A DNA stretch of 64,000 nt from an uncultured Clostridia bacterium (GCA_964491915.1 CAZBHS010000027.1:2694-66693), one strand, 5' to 3'. Shown: positions 36,016 to 45,799, counted from the first letter of the stretch. Notes: a model not told the origin generated them from the letters alone. A program made the numbers and translations.

Positions 36016-36293
36016 TATTTTTTAATCACTTCAGATACGATAAAAAAATCTCCGTCGCTTTCAGGGGCATTGGACAGCGCCCCTGATTTTCCCAATCCGC
36101 TGTCCACAAAACGATCTTCTTGTAGGGGTGTACAGGGCAATTCAAAATCAAGATGGTCCCCTGCGTCAGAAATTGTATCAATTTCTTCCACCCAGGAGAT
36201 GATCTGTTGCATCTGCCGTTCGAATACAAATTCCTTACCAGGTTCCAATCTAATTCGCGACAATTCAATTATTCTACCTATATCTACTTCCAT
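36015..36293 (-). CDS. gatC: Asp/Glu-tRNA amidotransferase subunit C
   Basis: 92 aa. IIELSRIRLEPGKEFVFERQMQQIISWVEEIDTI is the GatC pattern, and it lies directly upstream of gatA. Confidence 0.85.
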   Translation of the reverse strand: MEVDIGRIIELSRIRLEPGKEFVFERQMQQIISWVEEIDTISDAGDHLDFELPCTPLQEDRFVDSGLGKSGALSNAPESDGDFFIVSEVIKK

Positions 36294-36383
36294 TTCTCTA
36301 AGATTATAAAAAATTTATGCTTGAAAATCAAGGAAAACCAGTAATAGAAAACACAAAATCGTTGTTTCCCAAAACAAATTACG

Positions 36384-38498
36384 TTAAAATTGCTTCCACA
36401 TTTCAATACTTTGAATCGCTTGCTTGCGAGTGGCGTCTTCCTGCGGATGCTTTTCCAGGAATTTCCGCATTTTTTCGATTGCCTCCGCGAATTTTCCCGC
36501 GTTGGCTAAAATAGCGGCATGATCAAAAAACACCACAGGTTTTGGGTTGATTGCCGCCGCCTTTTCAAAATACCTGAACGATTCGGGATAGCGCTTTAGC
36601 AAGCCGTAAACCATCGCGAGATTGAACATCAGGTCAAAATCATCGGGAATCTTCTCCTCCAATTGAACAAAGATCTCCAAAGCTTCCCGGTGCTCACCGA
36701 TCCTCTGGTGGAAGAACCCCATTTTCTTTTTCACCTCGAAATTCTCCGGTTCAATTTCCAGCACACGTCGGTAATGTTTTATGGCTTCACGATATTCACC
36801 CCTGATTTCGAAGATTTTCGCCATCAAATTCTCCACCTGGGCCCCTGCATCCAGAGGATTCAATTTCTTGAGTTCCTTCAAGATCTCGAACGCCTCATAG
36901 AACTCCGACTGGGAAATCAACAAGTTCACGTAATCGATGCGCAGGATATAGTCTCCGGGATTCGCGCTAATTCCGGCTTTATACCAATGGGCAGCTTTTT
37001 GGGGGTCCCCCTGGGAATAATAAATATATGCCAACTTGGAATAGGACCAGGAAAAATGCGGATTTTCTTCAATCGCCTTCAAGAAGACAGGGATCGCCTC
37101 TTCCGCCTTCCCCCGGCTATACAGGTCGTTCGCTTCGAGGTATACGCTCCATGCATGAATCCGGTCCTTGGGATCCGGCAAGTCGCCCTTGGCCTCCTGC
37201 CCGGAGGAGACCAGGTACCCCAACGACTCCAATTGCTGGCGTTCAGACCGAGAAAGAGTCCGCTGAGACTTGAACGTCACCTTTCTATGTAGATCGATAA
37301 TATGAAATAATTCGTTTTTCAAATCCCAGCATTTAGCCGGATCCTGGTCAGCAAGATTCATTGTCTCGAATGGATCGGACTCGAGGTTGTAGAGCTCCGG
37401 CTGGGGAAGGTCGAGATATTTATACTCTTCATACACAACTCCCCTAACCGCCGCGCAACCCAACGATTCCCTGGCGAACACACTTTCGATGTAATACGGC
37501 CTTTTTTTCACCATTGGCCGGTTGTTGGAAATCACCGGCAATAACGAATCGCCCTGAATATGGGACGGAACATCGTATCCCAGGTAATCCAACACCGTAG
37601 GCATCATATCGATCAGCCCAACCTGACGAGTAATTTTTATATTTTCCCATTCCGTACCGGGAAACACAAAAATCAAAGGAACCCGGATATTTTCCTCATA
37701 ACAAAAAATCTGATGCCCCACCTCTCCATGCTCGCCGAACGCTTCGCCATGGTCGCCCGCCAACACGATCAACGTGTTATCATAGACCCCCCGCTCTTTA
37801 AGAAGCGTAATGATTTTACCTATATACTCGTCCATGTAGGCGATTTCACCGTCGTACGGCTCATCCGGGAACCGGCTCTTGTATGGTTCCGGTGGCGCAT
37901 AGGGTAAATGGGGATCGTAAAAATGGACCCAACTGAAGAACTTCTGCGAAGAGTTCTTCTCGAACCATGAGGCAAAATCGGCAAACACCAGGTCCGCCGG
38001 TCGTTCGGACGAAAAACTCTTTACCAAACGCTCATCCAATACAACATCATCGCTATAAATATCGAATCCCTGATCCAATCTGAAGCGGGAATCCAGGGTG
38101 AATGACGAGATAAAGGCCGCGGTCAGGTATCCGTCTCTCTTGAAGAGTTCCGCCATGGTATCGATCCCATCGGGCAAAAAATAACTGCCGTTATTGCGAA
38201 CTTTGTGATAGAGCGGAATGGTTCCGGTAAACAGAGAACAATGGGCCGGTAATGTCAATGGCGCCGGCGTAATGGTATCCTGAAACAAAATTCCGTTTCC
38301 AGCCAGAGCATCGATATTCGGAGTCCGGGCCTCCTGGTAACCATAAGCGCCGATCCGGTCTGCTCTGGTGGTGTCCATGGAAATCACCAGAACATTCATA
38401 TCTTTCTTGCCCTGACCGCAACCGATCATCCACAATGGGGCCACAATGAGAATCAACAAGCAAAACCCCTTCATTTTTAACGATATCCGTTCCGACAT
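36384..38498 (-). CDS. sulfatase-fold (alkaline-phosphatase superfamily) enzyme fused to C-terminal TPR repeats
   Basis: 704 aa with a signal/lipobox-like WMIGCG. N-terminal metal site VLVISMDTTRADRIGAYGY...TPNIDALAGNGILF. The nucleophile position reads LTLPAHCSLFTG, not C-x-P-x-R. GDHGEAFGEHGE is present, and the last ~270 aa are TPR. Confidence 0.8.
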   Translation of the reverse strand: MSERISLKMKGFCLLILIVAPLWMIGCGQGKKDMNVLVISMDTTRADRIGAYGYQEARTPNIDALAGNGILFQDTITPAPLTLPAHCSLFTGTIPLYHKVRNNGSYFLPDGIDTMAELFKRDGYLTAAFISSFTLDSRFRLDQGFDIYSDDVVLDERLVKSFSSERPADLVFADFASWFEKNSSQKFFSWVHFYDPHLPYAPPEPYKSRFPDEPYDGEIAYMDEYIGKIITLLKERGVYDNTLIVLAGDHGEAFGEHGEVGHQIFCYEENIRVPLIFVFPGTEWENIKITRQVGLIDMMPTVLDYLGYDVPSHIQGDSLLPVISNNRPMVKKRPYYIESVFARESLGCAAVRGVVYEEYKYLDLPQPELYNLESDPFETMNLADQDPAKCWDLKNELFHIIDLHRKVTFKSQRTLSRSERQQLESLGYLVSSGQEAKGDLPDPKDRIHAWSVYLEANDLYSRGKAEEAIPVFLKAIEENPHFSWSYSKLAYIYYSQGDPQKAAHWYKAGISANPGDYILRIDYVNLLISQSEFYEAFEILKELKKLNPLDAGAQVENLMAKIFEIRGEYREAIKHYRRVLEIEPENFEVKKKMGFFHQRIGEHREALEIFVQLEEKIPDDFDLMFNLAMVYGLLKRYPESFRYFEKAAAINPKPVVFFDHAAILANAGKFAEAIEKMRKFLEKHPQEDATRKQAIQSIEMWKQF

Positions 38499-38631
38499 TG
38501 TATCTCCTGAGTTTAAAAGTAAATGCTAGCACAAAGTTTTATAAAAAAGAAGTCCCCCGAATTTATAAGGACTTTACAAGAGCCGTTGTTTTTAATAAAA
38601 TAAGGAATTCTAACCAAGCTAGGAGGACCAA

Positions 38632-40668
38632 ATGTCTGGTAAAGAAAAAGACAATCAGAAAGCAAAAGCCACCCATTCATTCCAGGCGGAAACAAAGGAA
38701 TTGTTGAACTTGATGGTAAACTCCCTTTACACCCACAGGGAAATTTTCTTGAGAGAATTAATCTCGAACGCTTCCGACGCCATCGATAAAATAAAATTTC
38801 ACTCCCTCACGAACCCGGAGATGCTAGAAAGCGACGAAAGCGAATTCACCATCACCATGGATGTCAATCGCGAAGCCGGAACTCTTCTCATCAGCGACAA
38901 CGGCATCGGCATGTCGTACCAGGAAGTCATCGACAACATCGGCACCATTGCCAGGTCCGGTTCCAAATCGTTTCTGGAAAATCTGCAACAAAATGAAAAC
39001 AAAGATGTCGAGCTGATCGGCAAATTCGGAGTGGGGTTCTACTCAGCCTTTATGGTGGCGGAACGGGTCACACTGACCACCCGCGCCCCGGGCGAAGCGA
39101 AAGGCGTTCGCTGGGAATCGGAAGGAGACGGTTCGTACACAATCGAAGAAGTGGAAAAAGAAAAACGGGGAACCGACATCATTCTCCATCTCCGCGAAAA
39201 TTGCACCGATAAAGACAAACCCGAAGAGGACTTCCTCAATCCCTACACCATCCGCAACCTGGTGGAAAAATACTCGAACTACATCATCTACCCCATCAAG
39301 ATGGATTTCATCCGGGAAGAAAAACCCCGGGACAAAGAGGGAAAGGTCATCGAAGACGCCGAACCGCAGACAGTCATCGAAAATAAGACCCTCAACTCCA
39401 TGACCCCCATCTGGGAAAAAGACAAGCGGAAAATCACCGACGACGAGTATTTCCAATTCTACAAACACCATTTCCACGACTGGAACGACCTGGCGGACGT
39501 CATCCACGTCAAAGCCGAAGGCAAAGTCCAATACACCGCCTTATTGTTTATCCCCTCCAGGGCGCCCTCCAATCTCTACGACAAGAACTACTCCGACGGC
39601 ATCCAGCTCTACTCCAACCACGTGTTTGTAATGAAAGACTGCAAAGACCTACTCCCCGACCACCTGCGCTTTGTCCGCGGATTGGTGGACTCCCCCGATT
39701 TTTCACTCAATATCTCCAGGGAAATCCTGCAGCATGACGATCAATTGAAAATCATCGGCAAAAACCTCGAGAAAAAAGTGCTCAAAGCCCTGGAAAAATT
39801 GATGCAAAAAGAGAGAAAGAAATACGAAGAACTCTGGGATCAGATGGGTAAAGCCCTCAAAGGCGGCATCTATATGAAATACAAGAACAAAGAATCCCTG
39901 CAGGATCTGTTGCTCTTCTCCTCTTCAAAATCCGGCGAAGGTATGGCTACCCTGAAGGAATATGTGGAGCGCATGCCCGAAGGCCAGAAGGAAATCTTCT
40001 ACGCCACCGGCAAAGATGTCGATACCATCCACCGCATGCCGCAGATGGAAATCTTCCGGGAAAAAGATGTGGAAATCCTCTACTTCGTGGATAAAATCGA
40101 CGAATTCCTCACCCAGAACCTCGATGAATACGACGGCAAAAAGTTGAAATCCGTGATTCGCGAAGATTTCAACATCGACGACATCATCCCTGCGGACAAA
40201 AATAAAGACAAAGAGAAAAAAGACGAGGACAAAAAAGAGGAAGACAAGCCCAAAGACGAGGTGCAGGAGTTGGAAGAACAGAATAAAGAACTCCTGGGAC
40301 TGATCCAGAAAAATCTCGGCGAAAAGGTCAAGGGCGTCAAATTGAGCCGCCGCCTCAAATCGAGCCCCGTCTGTTTGGTAACCACCAGTAGCGGCGTCAC
40401 GTTCAACATGGAGCAGTTACTCCAGAGCGCAAATCAGATCACCCCTAAAGCCGGAAAAATCCTCGAGATCAATCCCAAGCACAAAATCTTCACTGTATTG
40501 CAGACTATCTTCAACACGGACAAAGATTCGGAGAAGATGAAAGATTACAGCGAAGTACTCTATTCACAGGCCATGCTGATCGAAGGGTATGAACTGGAAG
40601 ACCCGGCAGAATTCTCTCGCCGTCTCACCAACTTGATGGTGGAAGCACACGAAACAACCGGAAACTAA
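38632..40668 (+). CDS. htpG: molecular chaperone HtpG (Hsp90 family)
   Basis: 678 aa. FQAETKELLNLMVNSLYTHREIFLRELISNASDAIDKI and GQFGVGFYS-type IGKFGVGFYSAFMVA. AGGAGG lies upstream. Confidence 0.95.
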   Translation: MSGKEKDNQKAKATHSFQAETKELLNLMVNSLYTHREIFLRELISNASDAIDKIKFHSLTNPEMLESDESEFTITMDVNREAGTLLISDNGIGMSYQEVIDNIGTIARSGSKSFLENLQQNENKDVELIGKFGVGFYSAFMVAERVTLTTRAPGEAKGVRWESEGDGSYTIEEVEKEKRGTDIILHLRENCTDKDKPEEDFLNPYTIRNLVEKYSNYIIYPIKMDFIREEKPRDKEGKVIEDAEPQTVIENKTLNSMTPIWEKDKRKITDDEYFQFYKHHFHDWNDLADVIHVKAEGKVQYTALLFIPSRAPSNLYDKNYSDGIQLYSNHVFVMKDCKDLLPDHLRFVRGLVDSPDFSLNISREILQHDDQLKIIGKNLEKKVLKALEKLMQKERKKYEELWDQMGKALKGGIYMKYKNKESLQDLLLFSSSKSGEGMATLKEYVERMPEGQKEIFYATGKDVDTIHRMPQMEIFREKDVEILYFVDKIDEFLTQNLDEYDGKKLKSVIREDFNIDDIIPADKNKDKEKKDEDKKEEDKPKDEVQELEEQNKELLGLIQKNLGEKVKGVKLSRRLKSSPVCLVTTSSGVTFNMEQLLQSANQITPKAGKILEINPKHKIFTVLQTIFNTDKDSEKMKDYSEVLYSQAMLIEGYELEDPAEFSRRLTNLMVEAHETTGN

Positions 40669-40680
40669 CACATAAAAATA

Positions 40681-40708
40681 GAGCGGCAACCCAGCCGGGT
40701 TGCCGCTC
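40681..40708. terminator. 12-bp-stem hairpin terminator between convergent htpG and the DUF362 gene
   Basis: GAGCGGCAACCC-agcc-GGGTTGCCGCTC. On the minus strand it is followed by TATTTTTAT. It lies 13 nt after the htpG stop. Confidence 0.7.
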
Positions 40709-40849
40709 CGTTCAAACCCTATAGGACAACGCCACTCCATCCCTGAGCGGCAACTGAATCGTCATGAAATCGTCGTGCTCCGAAATCAGGCGGTTAAACT
40801 CCAACACTCCCCGGGAGAATTCGTGGGGACAGGCGCAGGGTTTTCAGAA

Positions 40850-41890
40850 CTAGATTTGAATGAGCCGGTATGTTGTCGAACCGAGCCCTATTTTTTCAGC
40901 GTACAAAAGTTGCTCGCCCCCTTTGAAGGCTTTGCCTTTTTCTTCAGCCATATCGAGGCATACTTTGTCGATGGCCACCGGATCCGTCGAAACGAAGATC
41001 CCAAAATCCTCCATGATAGGATCCATCTTTTTGGGCTCGCAGTCGCAGCCCTTGGTGACATTCATGGCCAAATTGAAGTAGATGTTCTTCTTGCCCAATT
41101 GCGCCGCATAGGCGTATTCCGCCAATTTTTCCCTGAACTTTTTCCCTTGCAACAAACCGTTGTAGATCCCCTTCAATGAGATGATGGAGATCGCCTTCTC
41201 CGGACAAATGGCAACGCACGCCCCGCAACCGACACATTTCTCGTGATCGATGAAGGATTTCTCGCCGATAGTGATGGCATCCTCATTGCATCGAGTCTTG
41301 CAAAGATTGCATTTCTTGCATTTGCGGTTGACGATCCTGGGCTTGATGCCCATGTGCATGGCCAATTTCCCTCCCTTGGAGGCGCAGCCCATGGCCAACT
41401 GTTTAATGGCTCCGCCGAATCCCGCCATCATATGTCCCTTGAAATGGGAAATAACAATGAGCTGATCATAATCTAAAAAAGCTTTACCAATTTTGCAGGT
41501 TTCAAAGTGATTCATATCGATGGGAATCTCGACAAACGCTTCGCCTTGATCTCCATCGGCGATGATGATGGGAAGCTGGTTAAAGCCGTGCTCTTCGGCG
41601 GTTTTCAAATGAAGGTCTTTCTTGTATCTCTGCCCCCCGTACATGACGCTGGTCTCCATATAGCAGGTTTCGATATCCCTCTCTTCCAAAAACCCGATGA
41701 TCCCCTCGTAATTCTCCGACTTGAGGAAGGTGGTGTTTCCCTTCTCGCCAAAATGAACCTTCAACGGAACCTTCAGACCAAGTTCGATATTCTCTCTCTC
41801 TACGATTTCCCGCAACAATCGCCGCGTGATTCCTTGAATCTCTTCCACCGTCGTGTTTGAATCCACCTTTTTATAATACACATTCGACAT
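40850..41890 (-). CDS. DUF362-domain protein with 4Fe-4S dicluster ferredoxin insert
   Basis: 346 aa with HFGEKGN, ISHFKGHMMAGFGGAIKQLAMGCASKGGK, and two Cys clusters (CKKCNLCKTRC and CVGCGACVAICP). Confidence 0.8.
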   Translation of the reverse strand: MSNVYYKKVDSNTTVEEIQGITRRLLREIVERENIELGLKVPLKVHFGEKGNTTFLKSENYEGIIGFLEERDIETCYMETSVMYGGQRYKKDLHLKTAEEHGFNQLPIIIADGDQGEAFVEIPIDMNHFETCKIGKAFLDYDQLIVISHFKGHMMAGFGGAIKQLAMGCASKGGKLAMHMGIKPRIVNRKCKKCNLCKTRCNEDAITIGEKSFIDHEKCVGCGACVAICPEKAISIISLKGIYNGLLQGKKFREKLAEYAYAAQLGKKNIYFNLAMNVTKGCDCEPKKMDPIMEDFGIFVSTDPVAIDKVCLDMAEEKGKAFKGGEQLLYAEKIGLGSTTYRLIQI

Positions 41891-42015
41891 GCTGTTCTCC
41901 TAAGATTTTTTTCTACAACCTCTTCCTGGTGAAATTCCCGAATTACACCAATTCTAATCGAACCTTCACGTTATTATACACCAATAACAAAATCTTTCTC
42001 AATATCTTCCCCTCG

Positions 42016-42094
42016 GTATTTTGAAAGACTCCCTTTCAAAACACCCTTGTATTTCGAAAGGGTAAGTTGCAAAACACCCTTGTATTTTGAAAGG
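42016..42094 (+). repeat. 33-bp-phased direct repeats overlapping the promoter of the AAA ATPase gene
   Basis: CAAAACACCCTTGTATTTCGAAAGG (42037-42061) and CAAAACACCCTTGTATTTTGAAAGG (42070-42094) differ at 1 of 25 positions. A partial copy GTATTTTGAAAG lies at 42016-42027. TATAAT is at 42102-42107 and a TTGTAT -35 sits inside the last repeat. Confidence 0.7.
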
Positions 42095-42128
42095 ATTAGA
42101 GTATAATAGGGAGTGAAAGGAGCGAAAA

Positions 42129-43433
42129 ATGAAGCGGTGGATTGAAAGACAACTGCTGGAATGGAAAGACAGCAAGAGAAGAAAACCCCTCATCTTGAGG
42201 GGAGCCCGGCAAGTGGGAAAGACCTGGAGTGTAAAAAAACTGGGGGCGGACCATTTTGAAAATACCGTCCACATGGATTTAGAGAAAAATCGTCAATTTC
42301 ATTCCCTGTTCGAAGGCGATCTCGATCCAAAAATCATTGTCCAGAACATCGAAGTTCTTTTGAAGACGAAGATAACTTCCGGGAAAACATTGCTGTTCAT
42401 CGACGAGATTCAGAGCTGCCCAAGGGCCATTATGGCGCTTCGATATTTCTACGAGGAGATGCCGCAACTCCATCTGATCGCCGCAGGCTCGCTGCTGGAG
42501 TTCGCTTTATCCGAAATCTCATTTCCCGTCGGCAGAATACAATATCTACACATGACGCCGATGACCTTTTCGGAATATCTAATGGCGATGGGAAACGAAA
42601 AGGCCCTGGAAATCATTCAATACAAACCTCAAAAATTGCCGGAGCCGATCCACCTCTCTCTCCTCAGGGATCTTAAAACATATTTCTTCGTAGGAGGAAT
42701 GCCGGAGAGCGTCAAATCCTTCGTTCAAACCGGCAGTATCGCCGAGTGCTTCAAAATTCATGAAGAGCTTGTCCACTCATTTAAAGACGATTTTGGAAAA
42801 TACGCCGCCCTATCCAACAAAGATTGCCTGGAAGAGATATTTACCAACACCTCCAAAAACATTGGGAATCAACTGGTTTACTCCGGTTTATCCAACACCT
42901 TTTCCCATCCTACGATAAAAAAGGCGTTTGATTTGCTCGTGAAGGCCAGGATGATCAAGAAGGTTGAATCGGTGGGAAAGCTGGAGCTTCCCTTGGATGT
43001 ACAGAGTTCTTCGCGAAAATTCAAGGCCATTATGCTGGACATCGGGATCTGGCAACAATTGAGCGGAATTTCTGTTGAAAACGCGATAGCTGAATCCGAT
43101 TTGATGAACATATACCGTGGGGCGTTGGCTGAGCAATATGTGGGCCAGGAACTGGCGGCCTCCACCGGCGAAAGCCTTTACTATTGGGCCAGAGGCGCCA
43201 AAAGCAGCGCCGCGGAGGTCGATTATATCGTTACAGTAAAAGGAAAAATCTACCCCATCGAGGTGAAAAGCGGCAGTTCAGGCTCGCTAAAAAGTCTCCA
43301 CCTGGCCTTGAAAACCTATCCCGATTGTCCCGGAGGCATCGTCTTTTCAACCAGAGAGTACGGCGAAATCCCAGAGCAAAAACTAACCTTCCTTCCCCTC
43401 TACTACGCCGCCCATTTCACCAATTCCCTCTAG
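42129..43433 (+). CDS. AAA+ ATPase of the AAA_14/DUF4143 type
   Basis: 434 aa with Walker A GARQVGKTW and Walker B LLFIDEIQ, plus a C-terminal restriction-endonuclease-like tail (EVDYIV...IYPIEVKSG). Confidence 0.8.
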   Translation: MKRWIERQLLEWKDSKRRKPLILRGARQVGKTWSVKKLGADHFENTVHMDLEKNRQFHSLFEGDLDPKIIVQNIEVLLKTKITSGKTLLFIDEIQSCPRAIMALRYFYEEMPQLHLIAAGSLLEFALSEISFPVGRIQYLHMTPMTFSEYLMAMGNEKALEIIQYKPQKLPEPIHLSLLRDLKTYFFVGGMPESVKSFVQTGSIAECFKIHEELVHSFKDDFGKYAALSNKDCLEEIFTNTSKNIGNQLVYSGLSNTFSHPTIKKAFDLLVKARMIKKVESVGKLELPLDVQSSSRKFKAIMLDIGIWQQLSGISVENAIAESDLMNIYRGALAEQYVGQELAASTGESLYYWARGAKSSAAEVDYIVTVKGKIYPIEVKSGSSGSLKSLHLALKTYPDCPGGIVFSTREYGEIPEQKLTFLPLYYAAHFTNSL

Positions 43434-43440
43434 GAAATTT

Positions 43441-43549
43441 TATGATGGTCACCCAAATGGTCACCGGGGTGGAGGGGGAATCTGGGGAGGTTGATTATAA
43501 GCGAGCCGATGGGCGGAGTCGAACCGCCGACCTTTTGATTACGAATCAA
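43441..43549 (-). repeat. distal att repeat of the island (displaced 3' part of tRNA-Thr plus flank)
   Basis: 43492-43549 is identical over 58 bp to 52992-53049. A further ~50 bp (43441-43491) aligns with mismatches and one indel to 52934-52991. Confidence 0.85.
43504..43549 (-). pseudogene. tRNA-Thr fragment (positions 28-73 only)
   Basis: It is identical to the 3' 46 nt of the intact tRNA-Thr at 53004-53076. Identity ends inside the anticodon stem, and the 5' half is missing. Confidence 0.85.
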
Positions 43550-43933
43550 GGACACAGTTTTTCGTCCCCTTTCGAGGGGAATAAAAAAACCATTAAATAT
43601 CCGCCATTTCACCCTCACAATCAACCTTTTACCCAAAAGGCCACCAAACAAATTCGCATAGTTAAAAGCAGTAAAAACCACTCTTTTCTCACTTAATATG
43701 ATATAAATTAGCCACCATTTGGACACCAAACGACTAAAGAAACTCCAAACGAACCCAAACGAGAGCCATATTTTTTTCTCTCTATCCTGCCCTATTGGCA
43801 GATTGCAGACAATATTTACCGGTAACCAGTTTTTTCAAAATAATTGAAAAAAAATTCAAAAAAAAAATAAAAACCCGAATTACAGAAGGTCCACCCATAG
43901 AGTCTGAGCAGCCACAAATATATTATAATGTGT

Positions 43934-45799
43934 TCAACGGAAGCTGGTCTTTTCTGTGTCGATCCCTTCAAAGATCAGATAATCAGAAGTTTTGTAATGG
44001 GATACGCTGATATTATAAATCTCGGTTCCTAAATAAACGACTGTTTTTCCTTGATTGATCAGTTGATCTATAAGGTTGAGGAAATGTTTTTCAAAGGGCC
44101 GTGATTCGCCTTTTAGATAATCGTTGATTATAAATGTTTCTCCTTTCGCAAACGTGAGGGACGAGTAGAGTTTTTTCAATAACTCTATAGATGGGTTCGG
44201 CTCTTTCAAATCCATTTCTTTTACATCCAGGGCCTTGAGGTTATCCAGGACCTTGTTTTTTTCTACTTCCAGGATATTGGGGAAGATGTCTATTACTTTT
44301 TGGGGGGCCATTTCAAAACCAAGATCAATCTCCGACATAGAATCCAGGCCTGATATATTGTTTCCCTGGCGAGTTAGAATTTTGAAAACGTTGTTTCGGT
44401 ATTCTTCGTCACGGCACAGCACAAAAAATGAAGTTCCTTTCTTGTATTCCAATTTTGGGCTTCGTTCCTCAAGCGGGATATAATTGAGCGTTTTCTTGAT
44501 TCTGTAGACTGAAATCAGGAGTAGTGCCAAAAGATAGATAATTGTCGTCAAAAGGCCGGGGGGAAAATTCCCGGGTAACTTACTCTGAGCTTTGATGATG
44601 TTTTCTTCGCCACTGAAAAAGGGATCTACGGTTTTATCCTGTTCGACATATCTTTTTTGCACATAGAACGCCAAAAAATTGTCTCTGATTTTTTCAATGG
44701 CTTTTAGAAAATCAATATAACTCAAAAATCCTTCGCTTGATAATTCAGTGGACAAACAATTGTAGAAGGTCGTCGGGAAAATGAACGATATTTTCTCTCG
44801 ATAGTCGATCACAGCGTTCATTTGGTTTTGAAACGCTTTTTCTTTCTGCTTGTTGATTTTATACCCTTCGGTCCAATATTGGATTGACTCTTTCAAGCGA
44901 AGGGCCTTTATTTCCTCATTGGATCCATTTTGGCTTTTTAGGTCCTCGACCTTTCTGTTTATCGCTTGTTGAGCGTCCATTAAATTGGTGATTTTTTCTA
45001 AATGCAACGCCTCTAAAGGTTCAATTGAAGCTGTCCTATTGTAGATGCTCGTCCTGGAAATTTCTGGGATAACAAAAATGAATAATGCCCATACGGCAAT
45101 GGCTACCCAGGTTTTTTTAGTCTTTCTGAATAACGAAAGAAGCAATCCCACCATATAAAAAAACAGGAAGTAGCAAAGCGCAAACATGCAATATCGTAGA
45201 AAATTGCTAGTATCCAATTCTGAAAAGATGATTCCCCTTTCTATAGCAAACAAATAGTTCAAGAAAAAAATAAAGCAAAACGCCGCACTTAAAAAGAGCA
45301 CCCTAAATAAAATCGAAAACAAGACCTTCTTTCTGGTAATTATATGTTCAATAAACTTTGTGCTTCGGAAATTCAAGAATCCCATTATTATCATATACAG
45401 GCTACCTAAAACAAAAAGAATCCCTCCGAAATCCTTCATCTTTCCGTCATCGAATAGGGCGCGCCCCTTGAAGCTCTTTATCGGTTTGATTATCTCGCTA
45501 GTATCGATGTTACTTTCAAGAGTATGGAGAATCTTGTATTTTTCAAAGAAAATCACCAGTGGCGACGGTTCGTATAGAATCCTAAAACCATATCCGCCAT
45601 ATTGATCATAATACATGTATCTAGACACTTTGGCTTTTTCATATCTCAAGAAATCCTGTTTATTCTGCTCAAAATTCTTGTAATCCGTTATCCCGGAATT
45701 TACGAAATAGAGGGTCAAGAACAAGATTATAATAATGGCGGCAATACTTTTTTTGTTGTAGAAAATCCGTAAAAATTCAAATTTAGCGATATCAATCAC
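43934..45799 (-). CDS. island cargo: multi-pass membrane protein (ABC-2-permease-like) fused to a degenerate ABC-ATPase-like C-terminal domain
   Basis: 621 aa. It has an N-terminal TM, a cluster of ~5 TMs (residues ~125-260), a long helical segment and one more TM (~400-420). The soluble tail has Walker-A position LEYKKGTSFFVLCRDEEYRNNVFKIL (no GxxGxGK[ST]) and Walker-B position GETFIINDYLKG...GKTVVYLGTE (no D-E). Confidence 0.6.
   Translation of the reverse strand: MIDIAKFEFLRIFYNKKSIAAIIIILFLTLYFVNSGITDYKNFEQNKQDFLRYEKAKVSRYMYYDQYGGYGFRILYEPSPLVIFFEKYKILHTLESNIDTSEIIKPIKSFKGRALFDDGKMKDFGGILFVLGSLYMIIMGFLNFRSTKFIEHIITRKKVLFSILFRVLFLSAAFCFIFFLNYLFAIERGIIFSELDTSNFLRYCMFALCYFLFFYMVGLLLSLFRKTKKTWVAIAVWALFIFVIPEISRTSIYNRTASIEPLEALHLEKITNLMDAQQAINRKVEDLKSQNGSNEEIKALRLKESIQYWTEGYKINKQKEKAFQNQMNAVIDYREKISFIFPTTFYNCLSTELSSEGFLSYIDFLKAIEKIRDNFLAFYVQKRYVEQDKTVDPFFSGEENIIKAQSKLPGNFPPGLLTTIIYLLALLLISVYRIKKTLNYIPLEERSPKLEYKKGTSFFVLCRDEEYRNNVFKILTRQGNNISGLDSMSEIDLGFEMAPQKVIDIFPNILEVEKNKVLDNLKALDVKEMDLKEPNPSIELLKKLYSSLTFAKGETFIINDYLKGESRPFEKHFLNLIDQLINQGKTVVYLGTEIYNISVSHYKTSDYLIFEGIDTEKTSFR

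Noticed and set aside
38499-38631. Heat-shock control elements upstream of htpG (CIRCE or a sigma-32 promoter)
   Set aside because: I found no TTAGCACTC-N9-GAGTGCTAA element. CCCCCGAATTTA resembles a sigma-32 -10 only loosely, and there is no CTTGAAA -35 at the right distance.
42016-42094. Possible mini-CRISPR array
   Set aside because: There are only about 2.5 repeats of 25 nt, separated by 8-nt gaps. There are no spacers of CRISPR length and no cas genes. The position over a promoter fits an operator better.
43430-43729. 99-aa minus-strand ORF, and the similar 72-aa ORF at 52906-53124 sharing RNQKVGGSTPPIGSLII
   Set aside because: The shared peptide is simply the translation of the duplicated tRNA-Thr sequence, not a protein family.
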